Shown in pieces: positions 35,584 to 44,846 of a stretch of 64,000 bases of DNA. This DNA is from Candidatus Thorarchaeota archaeon (GTDB lineage: Archaea; Asgardarchaeota; Thorarchaeia; Thorarchaeales; Thorarchaeaceae), in the NCBI GenBank assembly GCA_046482545.1, contig JAWOEX010000021.1:192001-256000 (forward strand), read 5' to 3'. The first letter of the stretch is position 1. Each line of letters opens with the position of its first letter. The position numbers were made by a program, and so were the translations under genes. Under the pieces are notes generated by a model. It saw only the letters and a list, made by a program, of their open reading frames with translations, made no database searches and had not been told where the DNA came from.

Positions 35584-36606
35584 TCATCTCTTTGCAGATT
35601 GTGCCCATTCATTATGGTAAGCTTTGAAAAAAACAGGAATTACTTGTGGAACAGCTAGAATTGCTTTGAGAGCCTGATGGCCTATTCTGTAGGCGATTGA
35701 CTCATTGCTAGGAAGAATCAAATCAGCCAATTTCCCGCCTCTGAAAAAGTAAGTTTGCCCAGGAATAAACCTACCTTCGAATATTGGCGCGGCGAAAATC
35801 TCCGTTAGTCTAAGGATAAATTTCCGAAGTAATGGCATCCGTAATCGACGCGTGAGTCGGCGAGCTCTCAACAACAACTGTAGTATTTTCTTCGCTTTGT
35901 ATGTCAAATAACCTCTGTCAATGGCTTCTTTCACAAATCGTTTGTCCGTTGAATCCAAATCGATATCGAGAGCTCGCATCTCCTCTTGGGTGATGTTGAT
36001 GTACCCAGCTTCCTGGTCGATAAGGATGTCAAGCATATCATCAAGCATGCCAAGACCCATCCCCAGTAAATAGGAGAAATCATCAAGATAGCCGCCCAAG
36101 TCTAACCGACCAAGGATGAAATACAACTGGAAGAAGCTTCTGGCTTTCTTATAGAGCAGTCGGTCCATTTCATGCTGTGACAGAATCTCATTTCGGCGTC
36201 TTACGTCGCTCCAAGCACTATCATACAGGTCTCGAACTGCAGGAAGGGCTCGTCCTGCATAATATCTGCGCTCATTATCAAAGAACTGGGCAAGCCAAAG
36301 ATGACGTGTAGCTGATTTCTGATTTACTCTCAGTTCACCTTCAAAGCCTCTCTCTACCACCGACTGCTCATTCTCTAATAGATGTACAGCCTGTGTCTTG
36401 TTGACTGAAGGAGAATCTAATATGTCATCAAATCGCCGGATATACCCCCAAGCTAGGGACCACGTCTCTGAACCAAGTGGTTTGGGCAATAGCTGTGAAG
36501 CGTATGTCAAAAAGTCTCTCTTGCGCAAATAGTGTCTTGCAGAATTGACTGTAACAAGATAGCTGTTCGATCCCCTTTTTACAGGAGCAGCAATAGAAGA
36601 CTCCAT
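35584..36606 (-). CDS. Class I isoprenoid synthase fold protein (phytoene/squalene synthase-like)
   Basis: YIRRFDDILD and LGMGLGMLDDMLDILIDQEAGYINITQEEM match the two Asp-rich motifs of the SQS/PSY family; helical composition. Confidence 0.65.
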   Translation of the reverse strand: MESSIAAPVKRGSNSYLVTVNSARHYLRKRDFLTYASQLLPKPLGSETWSLAWGYIRRFDDILDSPSVNKTQAVHLLENEQSVVERGFEGELRVNQKSATRHLWLAQFFDNERRYYAGRALPAVRDLYDSAWSDVRRRNEILSQHEMDRLLYKKARSFFQLYFILGRLDLGGYLDDFSYLLGMGLGMLDDMLDILIDQEAGYINITQEEMRALDIDLDSTDKRFVKEAIDRGYLTYKAKKILQLLLRARRLTRRLRMPLLRKFILRLTEIFAAPIFEGRFIPGQTYFFRGGKLADLILPSNESIAYRIGHQALKAILAVPQVIPVFFKAYHNEWAQSAKR

Positions 36607-36700
36607 AATAACCAGCTTCCCAACAAAGCCATATGTTAGTTTCGCAATGTGCTAAGTGGGTAATCCGGTCCAAACACCCAAAATTGGAGTGTGTTACACT

Positions 36701-37531
36701 ATGACAGACAAAAAAGTCTCTGCTGAAAGACCCGAGACAGTTGAACGAGAGCAGTATCATCTTGAAGTAAAGGATGGAGATGTGGCTTCCAGTGTGATAC
36801 TACCAGGCGATCCTGGAAGGGTAAATAGGATTAGCAGCTTCTGGGATAGTTACGAACAGAAGGGAGCCCATAGGCAATTTGTGACACATACAGGCGAATA
36901 CAAGGGCATTGAAATATCCGCCTGTTCGACGGGAATAGGTGGACCTGGAACAGCTATTGCAGTTGAGGAACTTGCTAATGTGGGAGCCAGAGATTTCCTC
37001 CGAGTAGGATCAACCGCTACAATTCAGGAAGATATTGAAATTGGTGATATAATCATATCAACAGGTGCAGTCCGCCTAGAAGGAACCAGCGACCAGTACA
37101 TCCGCGAAGAGTATCCAGCTTCGCCCTCGTACGAAATGGTGCTAGCAGCTGTCACAGCCGCGGAATCACTCGATGTGAACTATCATCTAGGCATATCCGC
37201 TTCGACCGACTCATTCTATCTTGGTCAATCTAGACCAGGCTTTGGTGGCTACAAGCAGGATTACAGCGAAGCTTTGATTGGAGAATTGCAGAGAGCAAAC
37301 GTGGTGAATTTCGAGATGGAAGCAGCCACCTTGTTCACACTAGGGAATCTCTACGGATTTAGAACGAGTGCCATATGTGCAGTCTATGCGAACAGAGTGA
37401 AAGATGAATTTCGCGTGGAGGGAGAGGAAAATGCGATTCGCTGCGGCAATGAGACCATACGAATCTTGGCTGAAATGGATGAGGAGAAGAGAAAATCAGG
37501 CAATGCGTACTGGCATCGAGAGTTAGCCTGA
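36701..37531 (+). CDS. udp: Uridine phosphorylase
   Basis: QYHL, LPGDPGRV, STGIGGP, RVGST, AVRLEGTS, DSFY.GQ.R, FEME. Confidence 0.93.
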   Translation: MTDKKVSAERPETVEREQYHLEVKDGDVASSVILPGDPGRVNRISSFWDSYEQKGAHRQFVTHTGEYKGIEISACSTGIGGPGTAIAVEELANVGARDFLRVGSTATIQEDIEIGDIIISTGAVRLEGTSDQYIREEYPASPSYEMVLAAVTAAESLDVNYHLGISASTDSFYLGQSRPGFGGYKQDYSEALIGELQRANVVNFEMEAATLFTLGNLYGFRTSAICAVYANRVKDEFRVEGEENAIRCGNETIRILAEMDEEKRKSGNAYWHRELA

Positions 37532-37539
37532 ATACGGAA

Positions 37540-39366
37540 CTACGAGGAGGAGCCCCAGTAGTCTCCTTCCGCCTTCTGTTTCTGATCCATCTGGGAACCC
37601 TCTTTGTTAACTCTGGGTCGTCCGGTCTGGGGGTCTCGCCTGAAGGTCACACCCATCTCTTTCAAGAAAGAATTCATTCCCTGTTTCACAGTTATCACCT
37701 TTGATGCGTAACCGTGTTTGCCGGGTATGCCGTCGAAGTGAATCATGGAATCACTCAAATAATCAGCCATGAGAATTGAGTGTTCGACTACAAATGATGT
37801 TTTCATATTGTTGCGGATGATACGTCCAATTGCACGAGCAGAGGCAAGTCGTTGCTCGACATCAAGAAAAGCAGATGGTTCGTCCAATAAGTAAATATCT
37901 GCATCTCGGGCCAAACAGCCAGCAATAGCCACACGTTGTAGTTCACCCCCACTCAAATCGGGTACATAGTTGTCAAGCAGATGCTCCAGGCCCATATTTT
38001 TTATCACCGTTGTTTTGAATTGTGAAGTGGCCTCTCTACCTTCACCTACCTTTCTCAGATACATTCTGACGGTGCCCTCATAATCCGCACTAATATACTG
38101 GGGTTTGTAGCTTACCTGCAACTCCATACCGGTTATTGTGGTTTTAGGGGCTTCGCCTTCGTCCGGTTCCAATACTCCTGCTAGCATCTCGACGAATGTT
38201 GTCTTTCCTATACCGTTTGGACCCAAAATGCCAATAATTTGACCTTTCGCTACCTCCCCAGCTTGAACTTCCAAGGTGAAATCTTCGAACTCCTTTATCA
38301 TATTATCATAGCGAATGAATGATTGAGCTCCTTTGAACTCTGTATCATCTGCAGACATTCCTTTGAAAGATATGGATGTGTCCCTGAAGCGCATATTCTC
38401 GTCAGGTATGTATCCGTCTAGGAAGATGTTGATGCCGGTTCTCGTTCCATGTGGGTGGCTGACGATACCATAGGCACCGGGATCACCGTACAGCATGCAA
38501 ATCAAATCGGATACGTAATCTAGAATAGACAAGTCGTGTTCAACGACCACAACTGTTTTTCCCAAGTCCGACAGACTGCGTATCGCTCTGGCAATTCGAA
38601 GGCGTTCTCGAACATCCAGGTAGGCAGTCGGTTCGTCAAAGAAGTAGATATCACCATCTCGAACAATCGCTGCAGTGACGGCAACACGTTGTAGCTCACC
38701 ACCGCTCAGGTTCCCAACATTTCTATCCCAGATGTCTTCAAGATTGAGTTCCTTTTTCATTTCGGATAGCCTACCGGAACTATCCGATGACTCTAGAAGG
38801 TCACTAATGGGTTTTCCAGCTATCGACTCGAGTTCTGATAAACCGGTTATGTTCTGTGGTTTATGGATAGGTACAATGGAACCCTCTTGGATCTTCTCAA
38901 AGAATGGTTGCAATTCTGAACCTCTGAACTCGCGGATAATTTCATCCCAATCGGGGGCGTTCTCAAAACGGCCAAGGTTGGGTTTGATTTCTCCTGCTAA
39001 GATGCGAATAGCTGTGGTCTTACCAACGCCGTTGGGCCCAATCAGACCTAGGACTTGTGATTCCGTTGGAATCGGGAGCCGAAACAACTTGAAAGCATTC
39101 ACACCATAACGATGACTGGTATCGGTATCGAGTTCCTCCGGCAGATTGATGATTTTGATGACTGCACCATGATGGTTGTATGGGCACTTCTTGACACACA
39201 TACCGCAGCCTGAACAAAGCTCTTCGACTATGGTCGGTGGCTCGTCCTGTCCGTCTGGAAAAATAACAGCATCAACTCCAGTTCTCACTTGTGGGCAGAA
39301 ACGACGACATTCGTGCGTACAGTCATCTGGCCTACAGGCGTCCTTGTTCAAAATCGCAATCCGCAC
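37540..39366 (-). CDS. rli: ABCE1/RLI ribosome recycling ATPase
   Basis: N-terminal double FeS domain (C.P..C...C...CP; CSGCGMCVKKCP), two NBDs (GPNGVGKT, GPNGIGKT, LSGGELQR), FRRD...GRPRVNK. Confidence 0.97.
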   Translation of the reverse strand: MRIAILNKDACRPDDCTHECRRFCPQVRTGVDAVIFPDGQDEPPTIVEELCSGCGMCVKKCPYNHHGAVIKIINLPEELDTDTSHRYGVNAFKLFRLPIPTESQVLGLIGPNGVGKTTAIRILAGEIKPNLGRFENAPDWDEIIREFRGSELQPFFEKIQEGSIVPIHKPQNITGLSELESIAGKPISDLLESSDSSGRLSEMKKELNLEDIWDRNVGNLSGGELQRVAVTAAIVRDGDIYFFDEPTAYLDVRERLRIARAIRSLSDLGKTVVVVEHDLSILDYVSDLICMLYGDPGAYGIVSHPHGTRTGINIFLDGYIPDENMRFRDTSISFKGMSADDTEFKGAQSFIRYDNMIKEFEDFTLEVQAGEVAKGQIIGILGPNGIGKTTFVEMLAGVLEPDEGEAPKTTITGMELQVSYKPQYISADYEGTVRMYLRKVGEGREATSQFKTTVIKNMGLEHLLDNYVPDLSGGELQRVAIAGCLARDADIYLLDEPSAFLDVEQRLASARAIGRIIRNNMKTSFVVEHSILMADYLSDSMIHFDGIPGKHGYASKVITVKQGMNSFLKEMGVTFRRDPQTGRPRVNKEGSQMDQKQKAEGDYWGSSS

Positions 39367-39528
39367 TCTTTACAGCTCCACTATTGTGCAAGATTCGCTT
39401 CGTTACAGTGTATTTAGCGCTTTGGCTACATATGGTCCATTTTCTGAATTGTAGTGAAAGTGTATCTGAATCATGACATGTGCAATCTTGCAAAGCCTTT
39501 TGAGGAGTGTTCACACCCATAACCATAG

Positions 39529-39765
39529 ATGAGAATGAATATTCTGAATCGGCTTCTTGAGATATTCAGCATCAACAAGACATTGGGCGCTCAACCCTCG
39601 GAGTCGATGGATCTTCTAAAGCAAGTTAGAGTAGTCCGGGCAAGAGCATTCCAGAAGATAACAGGCAAGAAGCTGCGTACTATGGATTCGCTTGATGTTC
39701 AAAGTGAATCAGAAAACTTAGGGGAGAGTAGCAGAATATCTCTGCTTAGGAGACTAAGAAGATAG
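39529..39765 (+). CDS. Small hypothetical protein
   Basis: 78-aa ATG ORF in an otherwise empty gap; no recognisable motif. Confidence 0.35.
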   Translation: MRMNILNRLLEIFSINKTLGAQPSESMDLLKQVRVVRARAFQKITGKKLRTMDSLDVQSESENLGESSRISLLRRLRR

Positions 39766-39904
39766 TCAACAGTAAGATGTTTCGTTCATCCCGACAGTAC
39801 CTATAATTTTGTTATCAGCTGTACTATTTCTTTCTTAGAGTTATGTAGAATGGCATACCACGACACTAATAGCCAGCAGGTGGAAAAAACAAGGGGCGAT
39901 CAAT

Positions 39905-40312
39905 CTGCCACCGTTTGAATGCAACCACAATGGGGAGTGCGATGAAGTACGCATCTGTTGTACAGAAACAGAGATGACACTAACAAAGAAGGACATCAAC
40001 AGAATTAACTCTCTTGGGTACTCTCGCGATGAATATGCCAGAAAAGCCCCGGATGGTTTCATCGAACTGAAAAATGTCGGTGGTTACTGCTATTTCTATG
40101 AAAAGGAATCTCATTCGTGCAAAATCTATGATTCGAGACCCGAAGGATGCCGATACTATCCCATTGTCTATGACTTGCGTCTTGGGACCTGTGTAGCGGA
40201 TAGAGATTGCCCTTCAGCGGAAACAGTTACGAAAGAAGATATCAGGCGGGTATGTCCAAAGGTGAAAAACTTGATACAACAACTAAGAATGGAGGCTATC
40301 TATGATTCATAG
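39905..40312 (+). CDS. YkgJ/CxxCxxCC cysteine-cluster protein, probable CTG start
   Basis: C-terminal C.F.....C.IY..RP..CRYYP; the frame upstream of ATG 39974 encodes the N-terminal cluster PFECNHNGECDEVRICC. Confidence 0.8.
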   Translation: MPPFECNHNGECDEVRICCTETEMTLTKKDINRINSLGYSRDEYARKAPDGFIELKNVGGYCYFYEKESHSCKIYDSRPEGCRYYPIVYDLRLGTCVADRDCPSAETVTKEDIRRVCPKVKNLIQQLRMEAIYDS

Positions 40313-41147
40313 AGCTGACCTGCACCTGCATTCGAATGTATCGGATGGCATTCATACACCAAGCCAGCTCGTTGAGATGGGGTCGAGATTGGCCCTTGGC
40401 GGGATTGCTCTTACAGACCATGATACCATAGAAGGCAACCGGGAATTCCTTTCTGCTGGCGGTGCTAAAGAAATGGTCAGAATACCGGGGGTGGAGATAA
40501 GTACAGAATACCGTGAGAAAGAAGTGCATCTTCTAGGATACTACGTTCCCCTTGAATCAGAACGACTGGAAAATAGGCTCCAAGAACTTGAAGAAGCAAG
40601 AATAGAACGACTTCCGAAAATGGTAGATAAACTCGAAGATCTTGGGGTCAACATCAATGGTGGAGTAGTGAATCGTATATTACAGAATACTACGACTCCT
40701 GGAAGGCCTCATCTTGCAAGAGCTCTCGTGGAAGAGGGAGTGGTTGAAGACGTAAATCAAGCATTCAAGAATTACTTAGGAAAGAAGAAGCCAGCATATG
40801 TGAAGAAAGACCGTATGAAAACAAACGAAGCAATCAGACTGCTAAAATCCGAAGCCTCTGTGCCGGTACTAGCACACCCCCTAACAATAGAGACTGATGA
40901 TTATGATGATTTCATCGGAAGCCTGGTTGATGAGGGACTGCTGGGCATTGAGACTGAGTATAACTATCAACATCTGGCAGTAGAAGGGAGTAACTATGAG
41001 ATTAGGCAAATTGCCAGAGAATACAATCTGATCGAAACCGGCGGAAGTGACCATCATGGGGACGACGTCAGAAGTCTTATCGGTGAGGTTACAGTTTCCA
41101 TGGAGATCGTTGATGAATTGGCAGATGAAGCAGAGCGGCTCAAATAG
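40302..41147 (+). CDS. PHP-domain phosphoesterase (TrpH/YciV-like)
   Basis: DLHLHSNVSDG, LTDHDT, GVEIS, HLLGY, GRPHLA, LAHP, GGSDHHG. Confidence 0.92.
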   Translation: MIHRADLHLHSNVSDGIHTPSQLVEMGSRLALGGIALTDHDTIEGNREFLSAGGAKEMVRIPGVEISTEYREKEVHLLGYYVPLESERLENRLQELEEARIERLPKMVDKLEDLGVNINGGVVNRILQNTTTPGRPHLARALVEEGVVEDVNQAFKNYLGKKKPAYVKKDRMKTNEAIRLLKSEASVPVLAHPLTIETDDYDDFIGSLVDEGLLGIETEYNYQHLAVEGSNYEIRQIAREYNLIETGGSDHHGDDVRSLIGEVTVSMEIVDELADEAERLK

Positions 41148-41297
41148 CCCATGCCAAACCCATATCCATTGGAACACTGAACATACAATGATTTTAAGTT
41201 CATCTTTGACAGCGTCGATGCCTAGAACATCGATTTGTAGAGCAGATTTGAGCAAAGCTAATCAGGAATAATCTAGTAGTGGAAGTGGGTTCATATT

Positions 41298-42200
41298 TTG
41301 CGGGTAATCGATGCACATGCGCATATCTGGACAAGTGAGATCATCAGTGAGAGTGATCTTGAAGCAAGGAAGGTGGCTGCGGAGAAAGCAGGCATTGAAC
41401 CGCAAACAGACTCCACCGTCGCAGATTTGAAAGCAGCCATGGAAAGAAGCCTCATTGATAGGTCAGTGATTCTTCCGATTGATAGCGGTCTCAACCAGAG
41501 GGTGCCCTTGAGCATCAGAGAGAAAACTGACTGGCATGCGAATCAAATCGAGGGAGAAGACTCGCTTGCAACATTCATAGGTCTCGACCCCAGAAGAGGA
41601 GAAGAAGGTCTCGCTGAGCTGGAGCGTGCAGTTAAAGAAAAGGGATGTATCGGATGGAAAATGTACCCGCCCAATGGTTTCTATCCAGATAAAGAGGAAT
41701 TCTATCCCTACTATGAACTGTCTACTGAACTCGGAATTCCAATAGTGATTCATGAGGGTTTCACCTCTCGATTTAAGCATGTCAAATATGCTCGACCGGT
41801 ATTTGTTGATAAAATGGCTGCTGATTTCCCATCCCTTCAGATTGTGCTTGCTCATGCAGGGATTCCGTGGGTTGACGAGTGCCTGCTTGTTGCATCAAAA
41901 AATCCTAATGTTTCCATCGACCTTTCGGGATTGCAGGTCTATGCATCAACCGTGCCCTCAAAGCTTTACAGGCTGATAGGAGAAGCAAAACTCTCAGGCG
42001 TTTTTCCCGAAAGAGTTCTCTGGGGAAGTGACTTCCCGCTCTTCGAGCACAAAATGCGAATCACTAATTGGGTAAAATTCATGAAGAATCTGTCCGTTCC
42101 AGATGAGTTGACAGACCAAGGATATCCACAGGTAACATCAAAGGAAATAGAACATGTAATGAGCAAGAATGCAACCAGACTATTCTTTGGTGAAATCTAA
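41298..42200 (+). CDS. Amidohydrolase_2 family protein
   Basis: IDAHAH, GWKMYP, IVIH.G, LAHAG.PW, D.SG, WGSDFP. Confidence 0.88.
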   Translation: MRVIDAHAHIWTSEIISESDLEARKVAAEKAGIEPQTDSTVADLKAAMERSLIDRSVILPIDSGLNQRVPLSIREKTDWHANQIEGEDSLATFIGLDPRRGEEGLAELERAVKEKGCIGWKMYPPNGFYPDKEEFYPYYELSTELGIPIVIHEGFTSRFKHVKYARPVFVDKMAADFPSLQIVLAHAGIPWVDECLLVASKNPNVSIDLSGLQVYASTVPSKLYRLIGEAKLSGVFPERVLWGSDFPLFEHKMRITNWVKFMKNLSVPDELTDQGYPQVTSKEIEHVMSKNATRLFFGEI

Positions 42201-42742
42201 TGACTGACTTCATCGTAGATGCAATGCTTGGAAGACTCGCGGTATGGCTCCGTCTTACAGGAAATGACACGGTCTATTCCCCCGATATTGATGACGAAGA
42301 ACTATTGACAAAAGCTGAAAACGAGAACAGAGTTTTGTTGACAGCAGATAGTGAACTACACAGCCTAGCCAAGAAAAAGGGGGTCAATTCCATGCTTCTA
42401 CGGGAATCGGTTCATGAACGACTGGCCAGAGTCTTTCATGAGTATGAAATTACACCCAAAGTGGATCCATCGAAATCACGATGCTCAAAGTGCAATGGGA
42501 AACTGATAGAAATCGATGAGAAAGACAAGAAGCAAATTAAAGGGTATGTTTTCGAACAGACTTACAACCATTATGACAGGTTCTGGCTATGTAAGGATTG
42601 CAACAGTGTGTACTTCCAAGGCGGGTACTGGTCAAATATTCAGCGATACATGCAAGGAATCCGTGAGGTTATGAAGGAGAAAGTTGAGAATGGGAATTCT
42701 CTCATCCGCCAAAAAGTTTCGACTGAAAACACTAAAGACTAG
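42200..42742 (+). CDS. Mut7-C RNase domain protein
   Basis: FIVDAMLGRLA.WLRL.G.D, LLT.D, RCSKCNG, C..C..VYF.G. Confidence 0.9.
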   Translation: MTDFIVDAMLGRLAVWLRLTGNDTVYSPDIDDEELLTKAENENRVLLTADSELHSLAKKKGVNSMLLRESVHERLARVFHEYEITPKVDPSKSRCSKCNGKLIEIDEKDKKQIKGYVFEQTYNHYDRFWLCKDCNSVYFQGGYWSNIQRYMQGIREVMKEKVENGNSLIRQKVSTENTKD

Positions 42743-43194
42743 CTTGTTTCCTCTATGTCGATATCATACTCGATGGGAATGCATTCTTTGGTTGAGCGGG
42801 TAAGAGGGCAATATTTCTTCATCAATTCTAGACACCGTTTACCAAGGTAGAATTCACTTTCAGCCACTTCTAGTTTCCCAGAAATATGGAGCTTAGTGAT
42901 TGAGTAGCCTTCTCCATCAAACTGGACGGTAAGTTTCGCCTGAAGACTGAACCCATGTAAATCCAAATTGGAACGGCGTGTGATATCAAGAAGGGTATTG
43001 TTGAGACAACCAAGGATACCAGAAAGGAACAGTCTGTAGGGACATAGCCCCCGGCCCCTTCCACCGTATACCTCTGGCGTATCAAAAACCAGCTCTGATT
43101 CTTTCAGTTTTGCAATACCACCAGTCTTACCGTCCCATTCTGTTCCTGTAACGTATTCCATTGTTTCTGGGTACTTTTTCCGTACCTTCATCAT
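42739..43194 (-). CDS. OsmC/Ohr family protein
   Basis: D.P..YGG.G.G.CP..L....LGC and KYCPL. Confidence 0.85.
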   Translation of the reverse strand: MMKVRKKYPETMEYVTGTEWDGKTGGIAKLKESELVFDTPEVYGGRGRGLCPYRLFLSGILGCLNNTLLDITRRSNLDLHGFSLQAKLTVQFDGEGYSITKLHISGKLEVAESEFYLGKRCLELMKKYCPLTRSTKECIPIEYDIDIEETS

Positions 43195-43308
43195 ATTTTC
43201 CTCATGGAGCCTGCTGTCTCAATCTTGGCCATTTATTGTTGTGCCCGGTTATGTCGGTTTTGCTATAGTAGATCGTTTCCTGAGGAAGGGATTTAAGCTT
43301 GAACAAGC

Positions 43309-44373
43309 ATGCCTCAACCGGGTGGTCAGTTGCCCGACAAAATGATGGCAGCTATGTATTACGGCGTTGGCGATGTCAGGTATGAAGAAACAGACATTCC
43401 AGAAATAAAAGATGGCGAACTCCTGATTAAGATTGGAACTGCACTAACTTGTGGGACGGATGTTAAGACATACAAGCGAGGACATCCACTCTTGATCGGC
43501 AAGACTCCAGCTCTTTTTGGACATGAATACGCAGGAACGGTTGAACAAGTGGGAAGGGGAGTTGATGAATTCAAGGCAAGGATGAGGGTCGTAGCAACCA
43601 ACTCCGCACCCTGCGGTACCTGTTTCTTCTGCAAAAGAGGAAAACATAATCTTTGTCCAACCTTGAAAGCTAATCTCGTAAACGGGGCATTTGCAGAGTA
43701 CATCCGAGTACCCAAACAGGTTGTTCGCTGGAATACTCATCAAATCCCGAATCATCTTCCATATCGTGCTGCCGCACTCACGGAACCTCTCGCCTGCGTT
43801 GTTCATGGAATAGAAGAAGCGGAAATAGAACTAGGTGATACAGTAGCAATCATTGGAGCAGGCCCAATCGGGCAAATGATGATTATGCTTGCAAAGCAAA
43901 AAGGAGCCAGCAAGGTCATATCATCAGACATTGAGTACCTTAGAAGAAAATCAGCGAAGAAGGCCGGGGCAGACATAACCGTGGACCCCAATGAAGAGGA
44001 CCCTGTTAAGCGTGTTAAGGAAGAAACCTCAGGATATGGAGCTGATGTTGTCATAGAGGCGGTGGGTCTCACAGAAACGTGGGAACAAGCTGTCAACATG
44101 ACTCGAGAAGCAGGTACTACGGTCTTATTTGGAGGGGCTAGGGGGGGTACCCAATTCAAGGTAGATACAGAACGCCTACATTATGGCGAACTCACGATAA
44201 AAGGCGTTTTTCACCTGACCCCTCGCCATGTGGAGGAAGCTTTGAAGCTGATAGAAGCAGGTATCATAGATTCAAAGATACTAATTACCCACGAGATGTC
44301 ATTGAGTCAGATAAACGAGGCTTTGGAAATGATGGGAACTGGAAAAAGCATGAAAATAGCAATCAAACCATAA
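43309..44373 (+). CDS. Zn-dependent alcohol/polyol dehydrogenase (MDR family)
   Basis: TCGTD, GHE, CGTCFFC...LC, EPLAC, GAGPIG. Confidence 0.9.
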   Translation: MPQPGGQLPDKMMAAMYYGVGDVRYEETDIPEIKDGELLIKIGTALTCGTDVKTYKRGHPLLIGKTPALFGHEYAGTVEQVGRGVDEFKARMRVVATNSAPCGTCFFCKRGKHNLCPTLKANLVNGAFAEYIRVPKQVVRWNTHQIPNHLPYRAAALTEPLACVVHGIEEAEIELGDTVAIIGAGPIGQMMIMLAKQKGASKVISSDIEYLRRKSAKKAGADITVDPNEEDPVKRVKEETSGYGADVVIEAVGLTETWEQAVNMTREAGTTVLFGGARGGTQFKVDTERLHYGELTIKGVFHLTPRHVEEALKLIEAGIIDSKILITHEMSLSQINEALEMMGTGKSMKIAIKP

Positions 44374-44414
44374 CGTATTGATAGTATTCCAACCCGAAAG
44401 CAGAGGGGGCCAAA

Positions 44415-44843
44415 TTGTACTGGAAGAGCAATGAGAAGCTGCTAGAGCGTGAGAAGAAGCTCATAGAAATCTTGCAGAGTATCGATGAAGAATATGAGAA
44501 TCTTACCATCATCGTTGAAGGAAAGCGAGATAGGCAGGTGCTCAGGGATTTTGGTGTTGATGCCCCTATCATTCGGACGCAAGCGGGAAAATCACGAATA
44601 GAGTTGGTTAACCAAATTGCACGGATAGCAGGCCGAAGAGGAAAAATTCTAATTCTGACCGATTTTGACAGCGAAGGTATAGAGATTGCCAAATACCTTG
44701 GCAGAGCACTCGAAAGACACAACGTACGGATAATGAGACGCCTTCGGCTTGTCATACGCAAATACATGGGTCCCTACAGGGCCATAGAAGAGCTAGTTGC
44801 TCTCTTCAAGAAAAAGGATTCACCAGAACCTGATGCAGATTAG
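44415..44843 (+). CDS. Small Toprim-domain protein
   Basis: IIVEGKRD and ILTDFDSEG. Confidence 0.85.
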   Translation: MYWKSNEKLLEREKKLIEILQSIDEEYENLTIIVEGKRDRQVLRDFGVDAPIIRTQAGKSRIELVNQIARIAGRRGKILILTDFDSEGIEIAKYLGRALERHNVRIMRRLRLVIRKYMGPYRAIEELVALFKKKDSPEPDAD

Positions 44844-44846
44844 CTC

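Noticed and set aside
35161-35658. 165-aa plus-strand ORF
   Set aside because: Ser/Leu-rich atypical composition, overlaps the 3' end of the synthase-like gene, no motifs.
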